NCBI GenBank assembly: GCA_035302145.1
Contig: DATGSX010000159.1
Coordinates: 8,478 to 72,477 of the forward strand
Reading direction: 5' to 3'
Length of the DNA: 64,000 nucleotides
DNA from: Flavobacteriaceae bacterium
GTDB lineage: Bacteria > Bacteroidota > Bacteroidia > Flavobacteriales > Flavobacteriaceae
The notes under the pieces are model-generated. The model did not search any database and was not told the origin of the DNA. It saw only the letters and a list, made by a program, of their open reading frames with translations. Below are positions 17,314 through 27,633 of this stretch, one piece after another. Positions within the stretch are counted from its first letter, which is position 1; each line of letters starts with the position of its first letter. The position numbers and the translations under genes are program-made.

Positions 17314-18513
17314 TTAAATTATCTCTATTTCTTTTAAGCAAGTTAGCATCCTTTGGTAGGTGTTTTCTATGTCATGATCTAATCCAATGGAAATTCGGAC
17401 CAATCCTTTGCTTAATCCCATAGTTTCTTGCTCTTCTTCTGGAATTTCTGATGAGGTAGATGCACCAGGTGCACTAAACAATGTTTTATAGAACCCTAAG
17501 CTAACAGCCAAATAGCCTAATTTATCATCCTGCATTTTTTCCATCAATGCATCTGCTTTAGCTTGCGAGCCAACATCGATAGTTAACATGCCCCCGAATC
17601 CAAAATCTTTATTCATTATTTTACTGAAAACTTCATGCCCAGGGTGCGATTTTAATCCTGGATAAAGAGTTGGAATTCCGACCTCTTCTAGTTTTTTAGC
17701 AAGGTACATGGCATTTTTGCTATGCTGCTGAATTCGGATGGGTAAGGTGCGTAAGTTTTTTAATATGGATGCGGCACGAAAACTATCCATAGATGCACCC
17801 ATTAGCATACTTGCTCCTGTGTTTACATCTTTGGTGCTATTTATAAAGTCTTCGTCGGCACAAAGTACGCCTCCCATGGCATCGCTACTACCATTTATGT
17901 ATTTTGTTAGACTATGCAGTACCACATCGGCGCCGTGTAATTGTGGACTGATGCTTAAAGGCGAAAAAGTGTTGTCTACAAAAAGCTTTAAGTTATTTTT
18001 TTTAGAAATTTTCGAAATGGACGGTAAATCAGCTACTTCCAATAGAGGGTTGCTCACGGTTTCACAGTAAATCAATTTCGTATTATCCATTATAGCATCT
18101 TCTATACTGGGTAAATCAGTAATATCTACAAAGGTAGTTTCTATACCTAGTCTTGGAGCAAAATTCTTTAGAAAAGCATAAGTACCACCATAAATGGTTC
18201 TGCTTGCTATAATATGGTCGCCTGCACCACATAATTGTAATATTGCAGGTACAATAGCCCCCATACCAGATGCAGTCACATTGGCCGATGGCATATTTTC
18301 CATAGTTGCTAATGCTTCGCTTAAATAAGCTGTAGATGGTGAAGTGTGTCGAGAGTATAAAAACATTCCTTCCGTTTCTCCTTCAAATGTATCGTACATA
18401 TCTTTAGCTTTTTTAAACGCATACGTACTGGTGTCGGATATAGGAGGGTTAACTTCATAGTTCGGTCCAAAAGTATGGATTCCTTCTATGGCTTTGGCTG
18501 GATTAAAACTCAT
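17314..18513 (-). CDS. Cys/Met-metabolism PLP-dependent enzyme (methionine gamma-lyase / cystathionine gamma-synthase family)
   Basis: The SLTKYINGSSD PLP-lysine motif is typical of the trans-sulfuration family. ATG at 18513 preferred; the ORF track extends to a TTG at 18558. Confidence 0.82.
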   Translation of the reverse strand: MSFNPAKAIEGIHTFGPNYEVNPPISDTSTYAFKKAKDMYDTFEGETEGMFLYSRHTSPSTAYLSEALATMENMPSANVTASGMGAIVPAILQLCGAGDHIIASRTIYGGTYAFLKNFAPRLGIETTFVDITDLPSIEDAIMDNTKLIYCETVSNPLLEVADLPSISKISKKNNLKLFVDNTFSPLSISPQLHGADVVLHSLTKYINGSSDAMGGVLCADEDFINSTKDVNTGASMLMGASMDSFRAASILKNLRTLPIRIQQHSKNAMYLAKKLEEVGIPTLYPGLKSHPGHEVFSKIMNKDFGFGGMLTIDVGSQAKADALMEKMQDDKLGYLAVSLGFYKTLFSAPGASTSSEIPEEEQETMGLSKGLVRISIGLDHDIENTYQRMLTCLKEIEII

Positions 18514-18685
18514 TATATTCAAAAATTTTAAGAGATTAACAATCGTTTTATTATCCAAACTTGAGGTTTTTAAGACTAAAAAGCAAGAGGTATGGTGAAA
18601 ACTAGAAAAATATTCGGCTTAAGGCTGTGTTAGTAGAATATTAGTTTTATATTAGCTTAACGGTTAAGCCTAACTAAAATAAACA

Positions 18686-19153
18686 ATGAAACTAGATAGT
18701 ATTGATATTGGAATATTAAGAGAATTACAGAGGGATTGTAAGCAAACTCACAAAGCTTTAAGTGCAAAATTAAATCTTTCGGTAACTGCTATTTATGAGC
18801 GAATTAGAAAATTGGAGCGAAATGGGGTTATCAAACAGTATGTCGCATTAATAGATAGGCAGAAGGTAGATTTAGATTTACTAGTTTTTTGCCAAATAAA
18901 ACTATCCAAACATATTCAGGAGAATATCAGTAGTCTAGAAAAGGAAATCGCTTCGCTAGATGAGGTAGTGGAGTGTTATCATTTAAGTGGAGAATTCGAC
19001 TATATATTAAAGGTATATGTTCGAGATATGGATCATTTTCGTGAGTTTATGGTATCAAAACTTACAGCTATTCAACATTTAGGCAATAGTCAAACCTCTT
19101 TTGTTATTCATGAGGTGAAGAATACTACCTCATTAAACTTAGATAATTTGTAA
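18686..19153 (+). CDS. Lrp/AsnC family transcriptional regulator
   Basis: 155 aa. HTH (LDSIDIGILRELQRDCKQTHKALSAKLNLSVTAIYERIRKLE) plus a RAM/AsnC_trans_reg domain. Confidence 0.9.
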   Translation: MKLDSIDIGILRELQRDCKQTHKALSAKLNLSVTAIYERIRKLERNGVIKQYVALIDRQKVDLDLLVFCQIKLSKHIQENISSLEKEIASLDEVVECYHLSGEFDYILKVYVRDMDHFREFMVSKLTAIQHLGNSQTSFVIHEVKNTTSLNLDNL

Positions 19154-19178
19154 AAATTGTACAATTTACTTTTCAACA

Positions 19179-19210
19179 TTGGTAAATTGAGGAATAGAAT
19201 TGTAACTTTG
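19179..19210 (+). promoter_or_regulatory. Candidate promoter of lpd (TTG-N21-TAACTTTG)
   Basis: Matches the Bacteroidota -33/-7 consensus; lies 27 nt upstream of the ATG. Confidence 0.4.
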
Positions 19211-19236
19211 TCATTCGATTTTAAATAACACAATAT

Positions 19237-20640
19237 ATGAGTACTTATGATGTTGCAGTAATAGGATCTGGACCTGGTGGTTATATAGCAGCTATTCGCT
19301 GTGCCCAGTTGGGTCTTAAAACCGCATTGATAGAAAAATACGATGTTTTGGGTGGTACCTGCTTAAATGTTGGGTGTATACCAAGCAAGGCTTTATTAGA
19401 TTCTTCGCACAATTACGAAACCGTAATAGAAAACCTAGAGGAGCACGGTATTGAAGTGCCAAAAGGAGTGAAGTTCGATTTCAAAAAAATGGTAGCGAGA
19501 AAGGATTCCGTTGTTAGCCAAACAACCGAAGGAATTAATTACCTAATGAGCAAGAACGATATTACCGTTTACCACGGATTGGGTTCTTATAAAGATGCTA
19601 CTCATATAGAAATCGCAACAGAAAAAGAAACGATTACTATAGAGGCCAAAAAATCTATAATTGCAACTGGAAGCAAACCTGCAAGCTTGCCTTTTATCGA
19701 GCTAGATAAAGAGCGAATTATTACTTCTACAGAAGCGTTAAGCTTAAAAGAAGTGCCTAAACACTTAATTGTTATTGGTGGTGGAGTAATAGGCTTAGAG
19801 CTTGGTCAGGTATACAGAAGACTAGGAGCAAAAGTATCGGTGGTGGAGTACCAAGACCGAATTATTCCAACGATGGACAAAGCACTTAGTCGTGAGTTGA
19901 CCAAGGTGCTTAGGAGACAAGGAGTTGAGTTCTATACTTCTCACCAAGTATCTGCAGTTGATAGAAAAGGAAAAGAGGTTACGGTAAAAGCGACCGATAA
20001 TAAAGATAAGGAAGTAGTTCTTAAAGGAGATTACTGCTTAGTTGCTGTTGGACGTCGTCCGTATACTGATGGTCTTGCTCTTGAGAATGCAGGAGTACAA
20101 GCAAACGAAAGAGGTCAAGTAGAGGTAAATGAAGATTTACAAACTAATGTAGAGAACATTTACGCTATTGGTGATGTAATTCGTGGTGCAATGCTAGCCC
20201 ATAAAGCAGGTGATGAGGGAATGTTTGTTGCTGAGGTTATAGCTGGCCAGAAACCAAGTATTAACTACAACTTAATTCCAGGTGTTGTATATACATGGCC
20301 TGAAGTTGCTTCGGTTGGAAAATCCGAAGAAGAACTAAAAGAAGAGGGAATTGCTTACAAAACTGGAAGATTCTTAAATCGCGCCTTAGGCCGTAGTAGA
20401 GCAAGTGGAGATCTTGATGGTTTTATTAAGATTTTAGCAGATAAGGAAACCGATGAGGTTCTAGGCGTACACGCTATAGGTGCTAGAGCTGCCGATTTAA
20501 TTGCCGAAGCTGTTATAGCAATGGAGTATCGTGCAAGTGCAGAGGATATAGCTAGAGTAAGCCACGCACACCCTACTTATTCGGAAGCAATGATGGAAGC
20601 CGCATTAGCAGCCACCGAAAACAGAGCTATTCATAGTTAA
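19237..20640 (+). CDS. lpdA: Dihydrolipoyl dehydrogenase
   Basis: 467 aa with GSGPGGY, the redox disulfide GGTCLNVGCIPSK and C-terminal HAHPT. Confidence 0.95.
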   Translation: MSTYDVAVIGSGPGGYIAAIRCAQLGLKTALIEKYDVLGGTCLNVGCIPSKALLDSSHNYETVIENLEEHGIEVPKGVKFDFKKMVARKDSVVSQTTEGINYLMSKNDITVYHGLGSYKDATHIEIATEKETITIEAKKSIIATGSKPASLPFIELDKERIITSTEALSLKEVPKHLIVIGGGVIGLELGQVYRRLGAKVSVVEYQDRIIPTMDKALSRELTKVLRRQGVEFYTSHQVSAVDRKGKEVTVKATDNKDKEVVLKGDYCLVAVGRRPYTDGLALENAGVQANERGQVEVNEDLQTNVENIYAIGDVIRGAMLAHKAGDEGMFVAEVIAGQKPSINYNLIPGVVYTWPEVASVGKSEEELKEEGIAYKTGRFLNRALGRSRASGDLDGFIKILADKETDEVLGVHAIGARAADLIAEAVIAMEYRASAEDIARVSHAHPTYSEAMMEAALAATENRAIHS

Positions 20641-20668
20641 ATAAAACAGAAAGAATAGAATAATAAAA

Positions 20669-20701
20669 AGGCCGACTACCAAAGGAAAGTCGGTCTTTTT
20701 A
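20669..20701 (+). terminator. Intrinsic terminator after lpd
   Basis: aggccgact-N11-agtcggtct, followed by ttttt. Confidence 0.75.
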
Positions 20702-20869
20702 AATTTTAACTGCTAATAATTTATCTTTGGACAATACATGAAATCAAATGTAGTTTATTTCGCTCTAGGCTATAGTTGAAAAGGTAAAAGATAAATTCAG
20801 AAGCCTATACTTTTTGCTTTGAAAATAAAATATTACTTTAAACGAAATATCAACAAACTTTCAGAAACT

Positions 20870-22174
20870 ATGAGAGTGAAACTTGAAATGGAGGTCGCTG
20901 CCATCCATCAAATAAAAAAGAAGCTCCTTCAATGGGCCGATCAGTTCGAAGAAGTAATTTGGCTTGATTCAAATGCTTATCCTAATATCCACAACAAATA
21001 CCAAGCAATTTTAGCCGTAGATGCAGATTACGTTTTCCAAACCGACTCGACAGAGGCTTTAAATGAATTGAAAGAATATAGAAAAACCAATAAGGACTGG
21101 CTTTTTGGCTACCTCTCTTATGATGCAGAAAACCCATTAGATAAAGAAATAAATAAGAAAACAGATTATTTAGAATTTTCAAAGTTGAGTTTTTTTCATC
21201 CATCAAAAATATTCTTTATAAAAAAAGATGGGATCGAGTTACATTATAGCTCGGATAAAGAAAATGAAATAAAATCAGATTGGGAAGCGATAAACAATGT
21301 GGAAATTCAAGATAATCCTCAAGCTGAACTAAACCTACAATTAAAGGCTAAACTTAGTAAGCAAGAATACTTAGATAAAGTAAGAAAAATAAAAGCTTAT
21401 ATTGAGAAAGGTGAGTTGATAGAAATAAATTTTTGTCAAGAGTTTTATTCTCAAACTGCTTTAAAACATCCTTTATCGGTATTCCAGCATCTAAATGAAA
21501 TAAGCAAGACACCCTTTGCTGCATATTTGCGTATGGGCGATAAATATGCTTTATGCGCCTCTCCAGAACGTTACTTAAGCAATACAAATGGTGAAATTAA
21601 ATCGCAACCAATTAAAGGAACGGCTAAGCGTAAGAATAACATATTGGAAGATAGGAAAGCACGGATGGCTTTAGAAAAAGATGAAAAAGAAGTGCTGGAG
21701 AACACCATTACCACCGAGATGATTGTCGATGAATTATATGCAATAGCCGAAGAAGGAAGTGTCCAAGTAACCGAATTGTCTAAGGTGTACACTTTTGAAC
21801 AAGTACATCAATTAATTTCTACAATAATTTGTCAACTTAATCCAGAATTGGATGCTGTAGATGTAATTAAAGCTACTTATCCTATGGGGAGTATGACTGG
21901 AATTCCTAAAATGAATTCATTGGCCATAATAGATGAGATAGAAAATTTCCATAGAGGATTATACAGTGGAAGTATCGGATATTTTGCGCCAAATGGTGAC
22001 TTTGATTTCAATGTGGTAATTCGTAGTATATTGTATAATGCCACAAATAATTATGTGAGTTTTGCCTCGGGTGGGGCCATTACAGCTTTATCTGATCCAG
22101 AAAAAGAATATGAAGAGTCTATGCTGAAAGTTCAAGCTATGGCTGAGGTGTTAGGTAGTATTGTAGAGAAATAA
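20870..22174 (+). CDS. pabB: Aminodeoxychorismate synthase component I / chorismate-binding enzyme
   Basis: Chorismate-binding C-terminal motifs (GSMTGIPK, GLYSGSIGYF). ATG at 20870 chosen; the ORF track starts at a TTG at 20819. Confidence 0.8.
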   Translation: MRVKLEMEVAAIHQIKKKLLQWADQFEEVIWLDSNAYPNIHNKYQAILAVDADYVFQTDSTEALNELKEYRKTNKDWLFGYLSYDAENPLDKEINKKTDYLEFSKLSFFHPSKIFFIKKDGIELHYSSDKENEIKSDWEAINNVEIQDNPQAELNLQLKAKLSKQEYLDKVRKIKAYIEKGELIEINFCQEFYSQTALKHPLSVFQHLNEISKTPFAAYLRMGDKYALCASPERYLSNTNGEIKSQPIKGTAKRKNNILEDRKARMALEKDEKEVLENTITTEMIVDELYAIAEEGSVQVTELSKVYTFEQVHQLISTIICQLNPELDAVDVIKATYPMGSMTGIPKMNSLAIIDEIENFHRGLYSGSIGYFAPNGDFDFNVVIRSILYNATNNYVSFASGGAITALSDPEKEYEESMLKVQAMAEVLGSIVEK

Positions 22175-22184
22175 AAATGAATTG

Positions 22185-23489
22185 ATGTTAAAAGCATTTA
22201 CAACTTACTTTCATGAGAATTATGAGCTAGAAGATTCCGACAAAATTGCCGTAGCAACAAGTGGCGGGGTAGATAGTATGGTGCTTTGTCATTTGCTATT
22301 AGCGATAGATATATCCTTTGTGGTTCTGCATTGTAATTTTCATCTTCGTGGAGAAGAAAGTGATGGCGACGCTAGGTTAGTAAAAACCTTCGCAGAGAAG
22401 AATCAACTGGAGTTTGAGCAAATCGATTTTCAAACGCGGGAATATGCAGCGGAAAATAGAGTGTCTATTCAGATGGCTGCTAGAGAATTACGTTATGATT
22501 GGTTTAAAAAGATTAGAAAAGAAAAAAATATTGATTGGATTGCCACAGCCCATCATTTAGATGATGATATAGAAACCATTTTAATCAATTTAGGTCGAGG
22601 AACTGGAATACGAGGAATGGCAGGCATTCCTGATAAATCTAATGGTTTTATTCGTCCCTTATTAGGTTTTACCAAAGAACAAATTATTGCTTTCGCTAAA
22701 GATTATGCTGTAAAGTGGCGAGAAGACGATTCGAATCAAGAAGCTGAGTATCTTAGAAACTATCTTCGACTTAAGGTAATTCCTATATGGAAAAATGAAG
22801 TTCCAGATTTAGAAGTCGGATTTCTAAACTCAAAAAATCATATAACCCAATCTTTACAAATTCAGAAAGACTACTTACAGCTTGTAAAAAAGGAAGTGTG
22901 GCGTGAAGGAGACTTTGGGGTTGTAATCGATCTAAAAAAGCTGCAGGAATTTCCTAATACTTCTGTTTTACTTTACGAGTTATTATTCGCTTATGGATTC
23001 ACAGAATGGGAAGATGTGTATAATTTAATGGATTCGCAAAGTGGAAAGATGGTTTTGTCGCCAACTCACAGGCTTATAAAAGATAGAGATAGCTTTTTAT
23101 TAGCAGAAAAAAAGAATAAAAGCAATATTTCATCTGTTTTATTGATAGACTCGCAACAAGTAAAATCATTGTCTGCTGTACTGGAGAAGATTAGCGCAAA
23201 AGCTTTTAAGTTAGAGGCAAATCATACTATATTTGTAGCTGAAAAAAAATTAAGGTTCCCATTACAATTACGACTATGGAAACCAGGCGACTTTTTTTAT
23301 CCAGCAGGGATGACTGGAAAAAAGAAGTTGAGCAAGTATTTTAAAGACCAAAAATACAGCATACTAGAAAAAGAAGCCATTTGGGTTTTATGTAGTGAGG
23401 ATAAAATTGTTTGGGTGGTTGGGCACCGTATGGACAGAAGATTCTTAACGAAAGATCCAGGTGAGGCTAGAATTAAAATATCAATTTAA
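22185..23489 (+). CDS. tilS: tRNA(Ile)-lysidine synthetase
   Basis: PP-loop SGGVDSMVL; about 434 aa. Confidence 0.9.
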   Translation: MLKAFTTYFHENYELEDSDKIAVATSGGVDSMVLCHLLLAIDISFVVLHCNFHLRGEESDGDARLVKTFAEKNQLEFEQIDFQTREYAAENRVSIQMAARELRYDWFKKIRKEKNIDWIATAHHLDDDIETILINLGRGTGIRGMAGIPDKSNGFIRPLLGFTKEQIIAFAKDYAVKWREDDSNQEAEYLRNYLRLKVIPIWKNEVPDLEVGFLNSKNHITQSLQIQKDYLQLVKKEVWREGDFGVVIDLKKLQEFPNTSVLLYELLFAYGFTEWEDVYNLMDSQSGKMVLSPTHRLIKDRDSFLLAEKKNKSNISSVLLIDSQQVKSLSAVLEKISAKAFKLEANHTIFVAEKKLRFPLQLRLWKPGDFFYPAGMTGKKKLSKYFKDQKYSILEKEAIWVLCSEDKIVWVVGHRMDRRFLTKDPGEARIKISI

Positions 23490-23498
23490 GATATACCT

Positions 23499-25490
23499 AT
23501 GAGAAAATTAAGCTTGCTTTTAATAGCAATGTTTTGGTTAGTTGTTCCAGCCAAAGCACAAGAGTTTTTAGACCCAGTTAGCTGGAAGCTAGAAGTGGAA
23601 CATAAGCAAGATCAGGATTATACTATTTTAATTAAGGTAGATATAGAACCAGGGTGGCATATATATTCGCAAGAAGAGGCCGACATTGAATTTCCACCTA
23701 TCCCAACAGAATTTGTTTTTAATAACTCTCCTGATACCTATGAATTAGTTGGTAAAACAATAGAACCAGATGTAGAGCCTGAGTACGATGAAGTGTTCGA
23801 AGAGTATATTGTTTTCTTTTCCGACAAAGTTATTTTTAAACAAGATATTCGTGTTATAAACCCAGAAAACTTACAAATAGAAGTTGAGATGGGATTCTCA
23901 GCTTGTGATGATGAGAAATGTTTGCCACCAGATTCGAAGATGTTGGCCATCGGTTTAGATGGTGGGGAATCAGAGGTGGTAAGCGAAAGTTTATCTGAAG
24001 AAGATATAGCTAAAACAGACGCTTTAGTACTCGATCTTAACAACCCGAATGATTATCGTTCAGCAGAAGAAGAAGGGTCGTCAAAAGGATTAAGCACCAT
24101 ATTCTTTTTAGGATTTATAGGAGGATTCATTGCCTTGCTTACCCCTTGTGTATTCCCAATGATCCCACTAACAGTATCTTTCTTTACCAAAAGCGCGGAC
24201 AATAGAAGGAAAGGAATGACCAATGCAATTATGTATGGAATTTTTATTTTCCTAATATACGTGTTACTAAGCTTACCTTTCCATTTAATGGATTCGGTCG
24301 ATCCTGAGATATTAAACAACATATCTACCAACGTAACTCTGAACATTTTATTCTTTGTTATTTTCTTGGTATTTGCATTTTCATTCTTCGGATATTACGA
24401 ACTTACTCTGCCTGCTTCTTGGGGTGCTAAAATGGATAGTAAAGCTACTACCGTAGGTGGATTAATAGGAGTATTCTTTATGGCACTTACCTTAGCTATT
24501 GTTTCTTTTTCTTGTACAGGACCTATATTAGGAGCGTTACTTGGTGGTTCTTTAACAAGCGATGGTGGAGCTTGGCAATTAACCGTTGGTATGTCAGGAT
24601 TTGGGCTTGCATTAGCTTTACCATTTGCTTTGTTTGCCATGTTCCCGAATTGGTTGAATAAATTACCAAAAAGCGGTGGTTGGTTGAACACAGTAAAAGT
24701 AGTCCTAGGATTCTTAGAACTTGGATTTGCATTTAAATTCTTATCGAATGCAGACTTGGTGGAGAATTGGGGTATTATAAAAAGAGAAATCTTTATAGGA
24801 ATATGGATTGTATGTGCTTTAGGAATGGCGTTATACCTATTCGGGTTTATTCGTTTCCCACACGATGGTCCAAAAAAAGACAAACTTCCAAGAGGAAATG
24901 TTATAGCTGGAATAATTAGCCTTGCCTTTACCATATACCTTATTCCAGGATTGACTAATACATCAGCTGCAAACCTGAAATTATTAAGTGGATTCCCACC
25001 ACCAATGTTCTATAGCTTGTATGATAAAGGTACCGATGCACCACTTGGATTAGAGGCCTATAGAGATTGGGATGAAGGAGTCGCCGCAGCTAAGGCATCT
25101 GGAAAACCTATCATGTTAGACTTCACCGGATGGGCCTGTGTAAACTGTAGAAAAATGGAAGAGCTGGTATGGAGCCAAGAAGAGGTCTTCAATGAAATAA
25201 ATGATGAGTTTATTCTTATATCATTATATGTAGACGATAGACAAAACTTACCAGAAGAGGAAAGATTTAATTATATGCGACCATCTGGTAGTGTTAAAAG
25301 AATTAAAACCATTGGTGATAAGTGGGCTACCTTCCAAACCGTCAACTTTAGAAATAACTCTCAGCCGTATTATGTGCTGATGGATAGTGATTTAACTCTA
25401 TTGAATAATCCAAGAGGATATACACCTGATTCCAATAGATTTTTGGAGTGGCTTAAAGAAGGAGTTGCCAATCACAAGGATGGTAAGTAA
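23499..25490 (+). CDS. DsbD-family thiol:disulfide interchange protein (CcdA-like membrane core plus C-terminal thioredoxin domain)
   Basis: 663 aa. Signal peptide, polytopic core with conserved Cys (LTPCVFPM, FSCTGPIL), and a C-terminal WACVNCRKME. Confidence 0.88.
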   Translation: MRKLSLLLIAMFWLVVPAKAQEFLDPVSWKLEVEHKQDQDYTILIKVDIEPGWHIYSQEEADIEFPPIPTEFVFNNSPDTYELVGKTIEPDVEPEYDEVFEEYIVFFSDKVIFKQDIRVINPENLQIEVEMGFSACDDEKCLPPDSKMLAIGLDGGESEVVSESLSEEDIAKTDALVLDLNNPNDYRSAEEEGSSKGLSTIFFLGFIGGFIALLTPCVFPMIPLTVSFFTKSADNRRKGMTNAIMYGIFIFLIYVLLSLPFHLMDSVDPEILNNISTNVTLNILFFVIFLVFAFSFFGYYELTLPASWGAKMDSKATTVGGLIGVFFMALTLAIVSFSCTGPILGALLGGSLTSDGGAWQLTVGMSGFGLALALPFALFAMFPNWLNKLPKSGGWLNTVKVVLGFLELGFAFKFLSNADLVENWGIIKREIFIGIWIVCALGMALYLFGFIRFPHDGPKKDKLPRGNVIAGIISLAFTIYLIPGLTNTSAANLKLLSGFPPPMFYSLYDKGTDAPLGLEAYRDWDEGVAAAKASGKPIMLDFTGWACVNCRKMEELVWSQEEVFNEINDEFILISLYVDDRQNLPEEERFNYMRPSGSVKRIKTIGDKWATFQTVNFRNNSQPYYVLMDSDLTLLNNPRGYTPDSNRFLEWLKEGVANHKDGK

Positions 25491-25513
25491 AAATCCATAT
25501 CATCTTAATTAAC

Positions 25514-25542
25514 AAAAAAGCGAGTGTATTCTCGCTTTTTTG
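25514..25542 (+). terminator. Intrinsic terminator after the dsbD-like gene
   Basis: aagcgag-tgtatt-ctcgctt, followed by tttt. Confidence 0.75.
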
Positions 25543-25609
25543 CTTTTAATATCTTACAAAGTTATATCTTTATAGGTGCTAATATATCAAGCAAATTAAA
25601 TCAATTACT

Positions 25610-26599
25610 TTGAAAAATAGAGCGATACAGAAAATTGGAGTTTTAACTAGTGGTGGAGATTCACCTGGCATGAATGCTGCAATTCGAGCAGTAGTTCGAG
25701 CTTGTGCATATCAAGAGATAAAGTGCATAGGGGTATATAGAGGCTATCAAGGTCTAATAGAAGGCGATTTTATTGAATTAGGACCGCGATCGGTTAGAAA
25801 CATTATTAATAAAGGTGGAACCTTTCTAAAGTCGGCACGTAGCGATGCCTTTAGAACAAAGGAAGGTATGCAAGAAGCTATAGTGCAAATAAGAAATGTT
25901 GGAATGGACGCTCTAGTGGTTATTGGAGGGGATGGTTCATTTAAAGGTGCGACAGCCTTGGCTCTAGAATATGATTTTCCTGTTATAGGAATTCCGGGAA
26001 CTATAGATAACGATATAGAAGGAACCGACTTCACTATAGGATATGATACCGCTTTAAATACGGTTGTAGAGGCAATCGATAAAATACGTGATACGGCAAG
26101 TTCCCATAATCGCTTGTTTTTGATTGAAGTAATGGGGAGAGATGCCGGTGATATAGCACTTAATGCCGGAGTAGGTGCTGGTGCTGAAGAAATACTTATT
26201 CCTGAAGAAGATTTGGGACGCGAGCGCTTGTTGGAAAAACTCGCTGCGAGTAAGAAGTCTGGTAAAACATCTAGTATTGTAGTGGTAGCCGAAGGCGATC
26301 AAATAGGGAAAAATATCTTTGGATTAGCAGATTATATAAACGAAACCTTACCAGAGTACGATGTGCGAGTTACCGTATTAGGTCACATTCAAAGAGGAGG
26401 ATCTCCTAGTTGCTACGATAGGGTATTAGCTAGTAGACTTGGAGTAGCTGCAGTAGATGCTTTGCTGGAAGGAAAAACAAGATCAATGGTTGCCATACGA
26501 AGCAATACTGTCATCACAGTTCCTTTTAAAGAAGTTGAAAAAAGAGATAGAAAAGTGGACTTTGAATTGATTCGAGTTTCCGAAATTGTATCTATATAA
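25610..26599 (+). CDS. pfkA: ATP-dependent 6-phosphofructokinase
   Basis: GVLTSGGDSPGMNAAIR and GIPGTIDND motifs. TTG start. Confidence 0.93.
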   Translation: MKNRAIQKIGVLTSGGDSPGMNAAIRAVVRACAYQEIKCIGVYRGYQGLIEGDFIELGPRSVRNIINKGGTFLKSARSDAFRTKEGMQEAIVQIRNVGMDALVVIGGDGSFKGATALALEYDFPVIGIPGTIDNDIEGTDFTIGYDTALNTVVEAIDKIRDTASSHNRLFLIEVMGRDAGDIALNAGVGAGAEEILIPEEDLGRERLLEKLAASKKSGKTSSIVVVAEGDQIGKNIFGLADYINETLPEYDVRVTVLGHIQRGGSPSCYDRVLASRLGVAAVDALLEGKTRSMVAIRSNTVITVPFKEVEKRDRKVDFELIRVSEIVSI

Positions 26600-26626
26600 A
26601 GAAAAGAAATAAAAATTAAATAATAT

Positions 26627-27628
26627 ATGCAAGTAAAAAAGATTGGTATAAATGGATTTGGGCGTATAGGTAGATTGGCTATGCGTGTTATTTTAGAAAA
26701 TCCTAAACTAGAAGTGGTTGGGGTAAATGATTTAATGGACATAGAACAGCTTGCTTATTTGCTAAAGCATGATTCTGTTCATGGAGCATTAAATAAAAAA
26801 GTACAAATAAAAGGTGAGTCTTTAGTTGTAGACGGGGAAACTATTCGAGTAACAGCGATTAAGGATGCTGAGAAGTTAGATTGGAAAGCATTAGGGGTGG
26901 ACTTAGTTTTAGATTGTACGGGCGTTTATAGAGAGTTAGAGTCTGCTTCTAAGCACCTGGAGGCAGGGGCTAAAAAGGTATTGATTTCGGCTCCCTCAAA
27001 AACAGCTCCTATGTATGTAATGGGTGTAAATCATGAGAAAATGACAGCACAAGATACTATTATATCTAATGCATCTTGTACTACCAATTGCTTAGCACCG
27101 ATGGCCAAAATTATTAATGACAACTTTGGATTAAAAGAAGGCCTAATGACTACAATACATGCAGTAACAGGTTCGCAAGCTGTCGTAGATCAAAGTAACA
27201 GAAAAAATTATCGAATGGGGCGAAGTGCATTAGACAATATTATTCCAACAAGTACTGGAGCTGCAGTAGCCGTTACCAAGGTTATTCCAGAATTAAAAGG
27301 TAAACTTACAGGAATGGCATTTCGTGTACCAGTAGCTAACGTATCAGTCGTAGATTTGACTGTGAAAACAGAAAAAGCAACCTCTATTCAAGAAATAAAT
27401 AAAGTATTTGAACAAGCATCTAAGGAAGATTATCAAGGGTTAGTAGCTTACGTAGACCAGCCTTTAGTATCGCAAGACTTTATTTCCAATACCTATTTAT
27501 GTAACTACGATGCAGGTGCAAGTATGGAATTAAATCCAAACTTTTTCAAATTGGTAGGTTGGTATGATAATGAATATGGCTATGCTGCAAACATGGTAGA
27601 TTTAGCTATTCACAGTTTGAATCTATAA
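26627..27628 (+). CDS. gap: Type I glyceraldehyde-3-phosphate dehydrogenase
   Basis: INGFGRIGR and catalytic SNASCTTNCLAP. Confidence 0.95.
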   Translation: MQVKKIGINGFGRIGRLAMRVILENPKLEVVGVNDLMDIEQLAYLLKHDSVHGALNKKVQIKGESLVVDGETIRVTAIKDAEKLDWKALGVDLVLDCTGVYRELESASKHLEAGAKKVLISAPSKTAPMYVMGVNHEKMTAQDTIISNASCTTNCLAPMAKIINDNFGLKEGLMTTIHAVTGSQAVVDQSNRKNYRMGRSALDNIIPTSTGAAVAVTKVIPELKGKLTGMAFRVPVANVSVVDLTVKTEKATSIQEINKVFEQASKEDYQGLVAYVDQPLVSQDFISNTYLCNYDAGASMELNPNFFKLVGWYDNEYGYAANMVDLAIHSLNL

Positions 27629-27633
27629 ATAAT

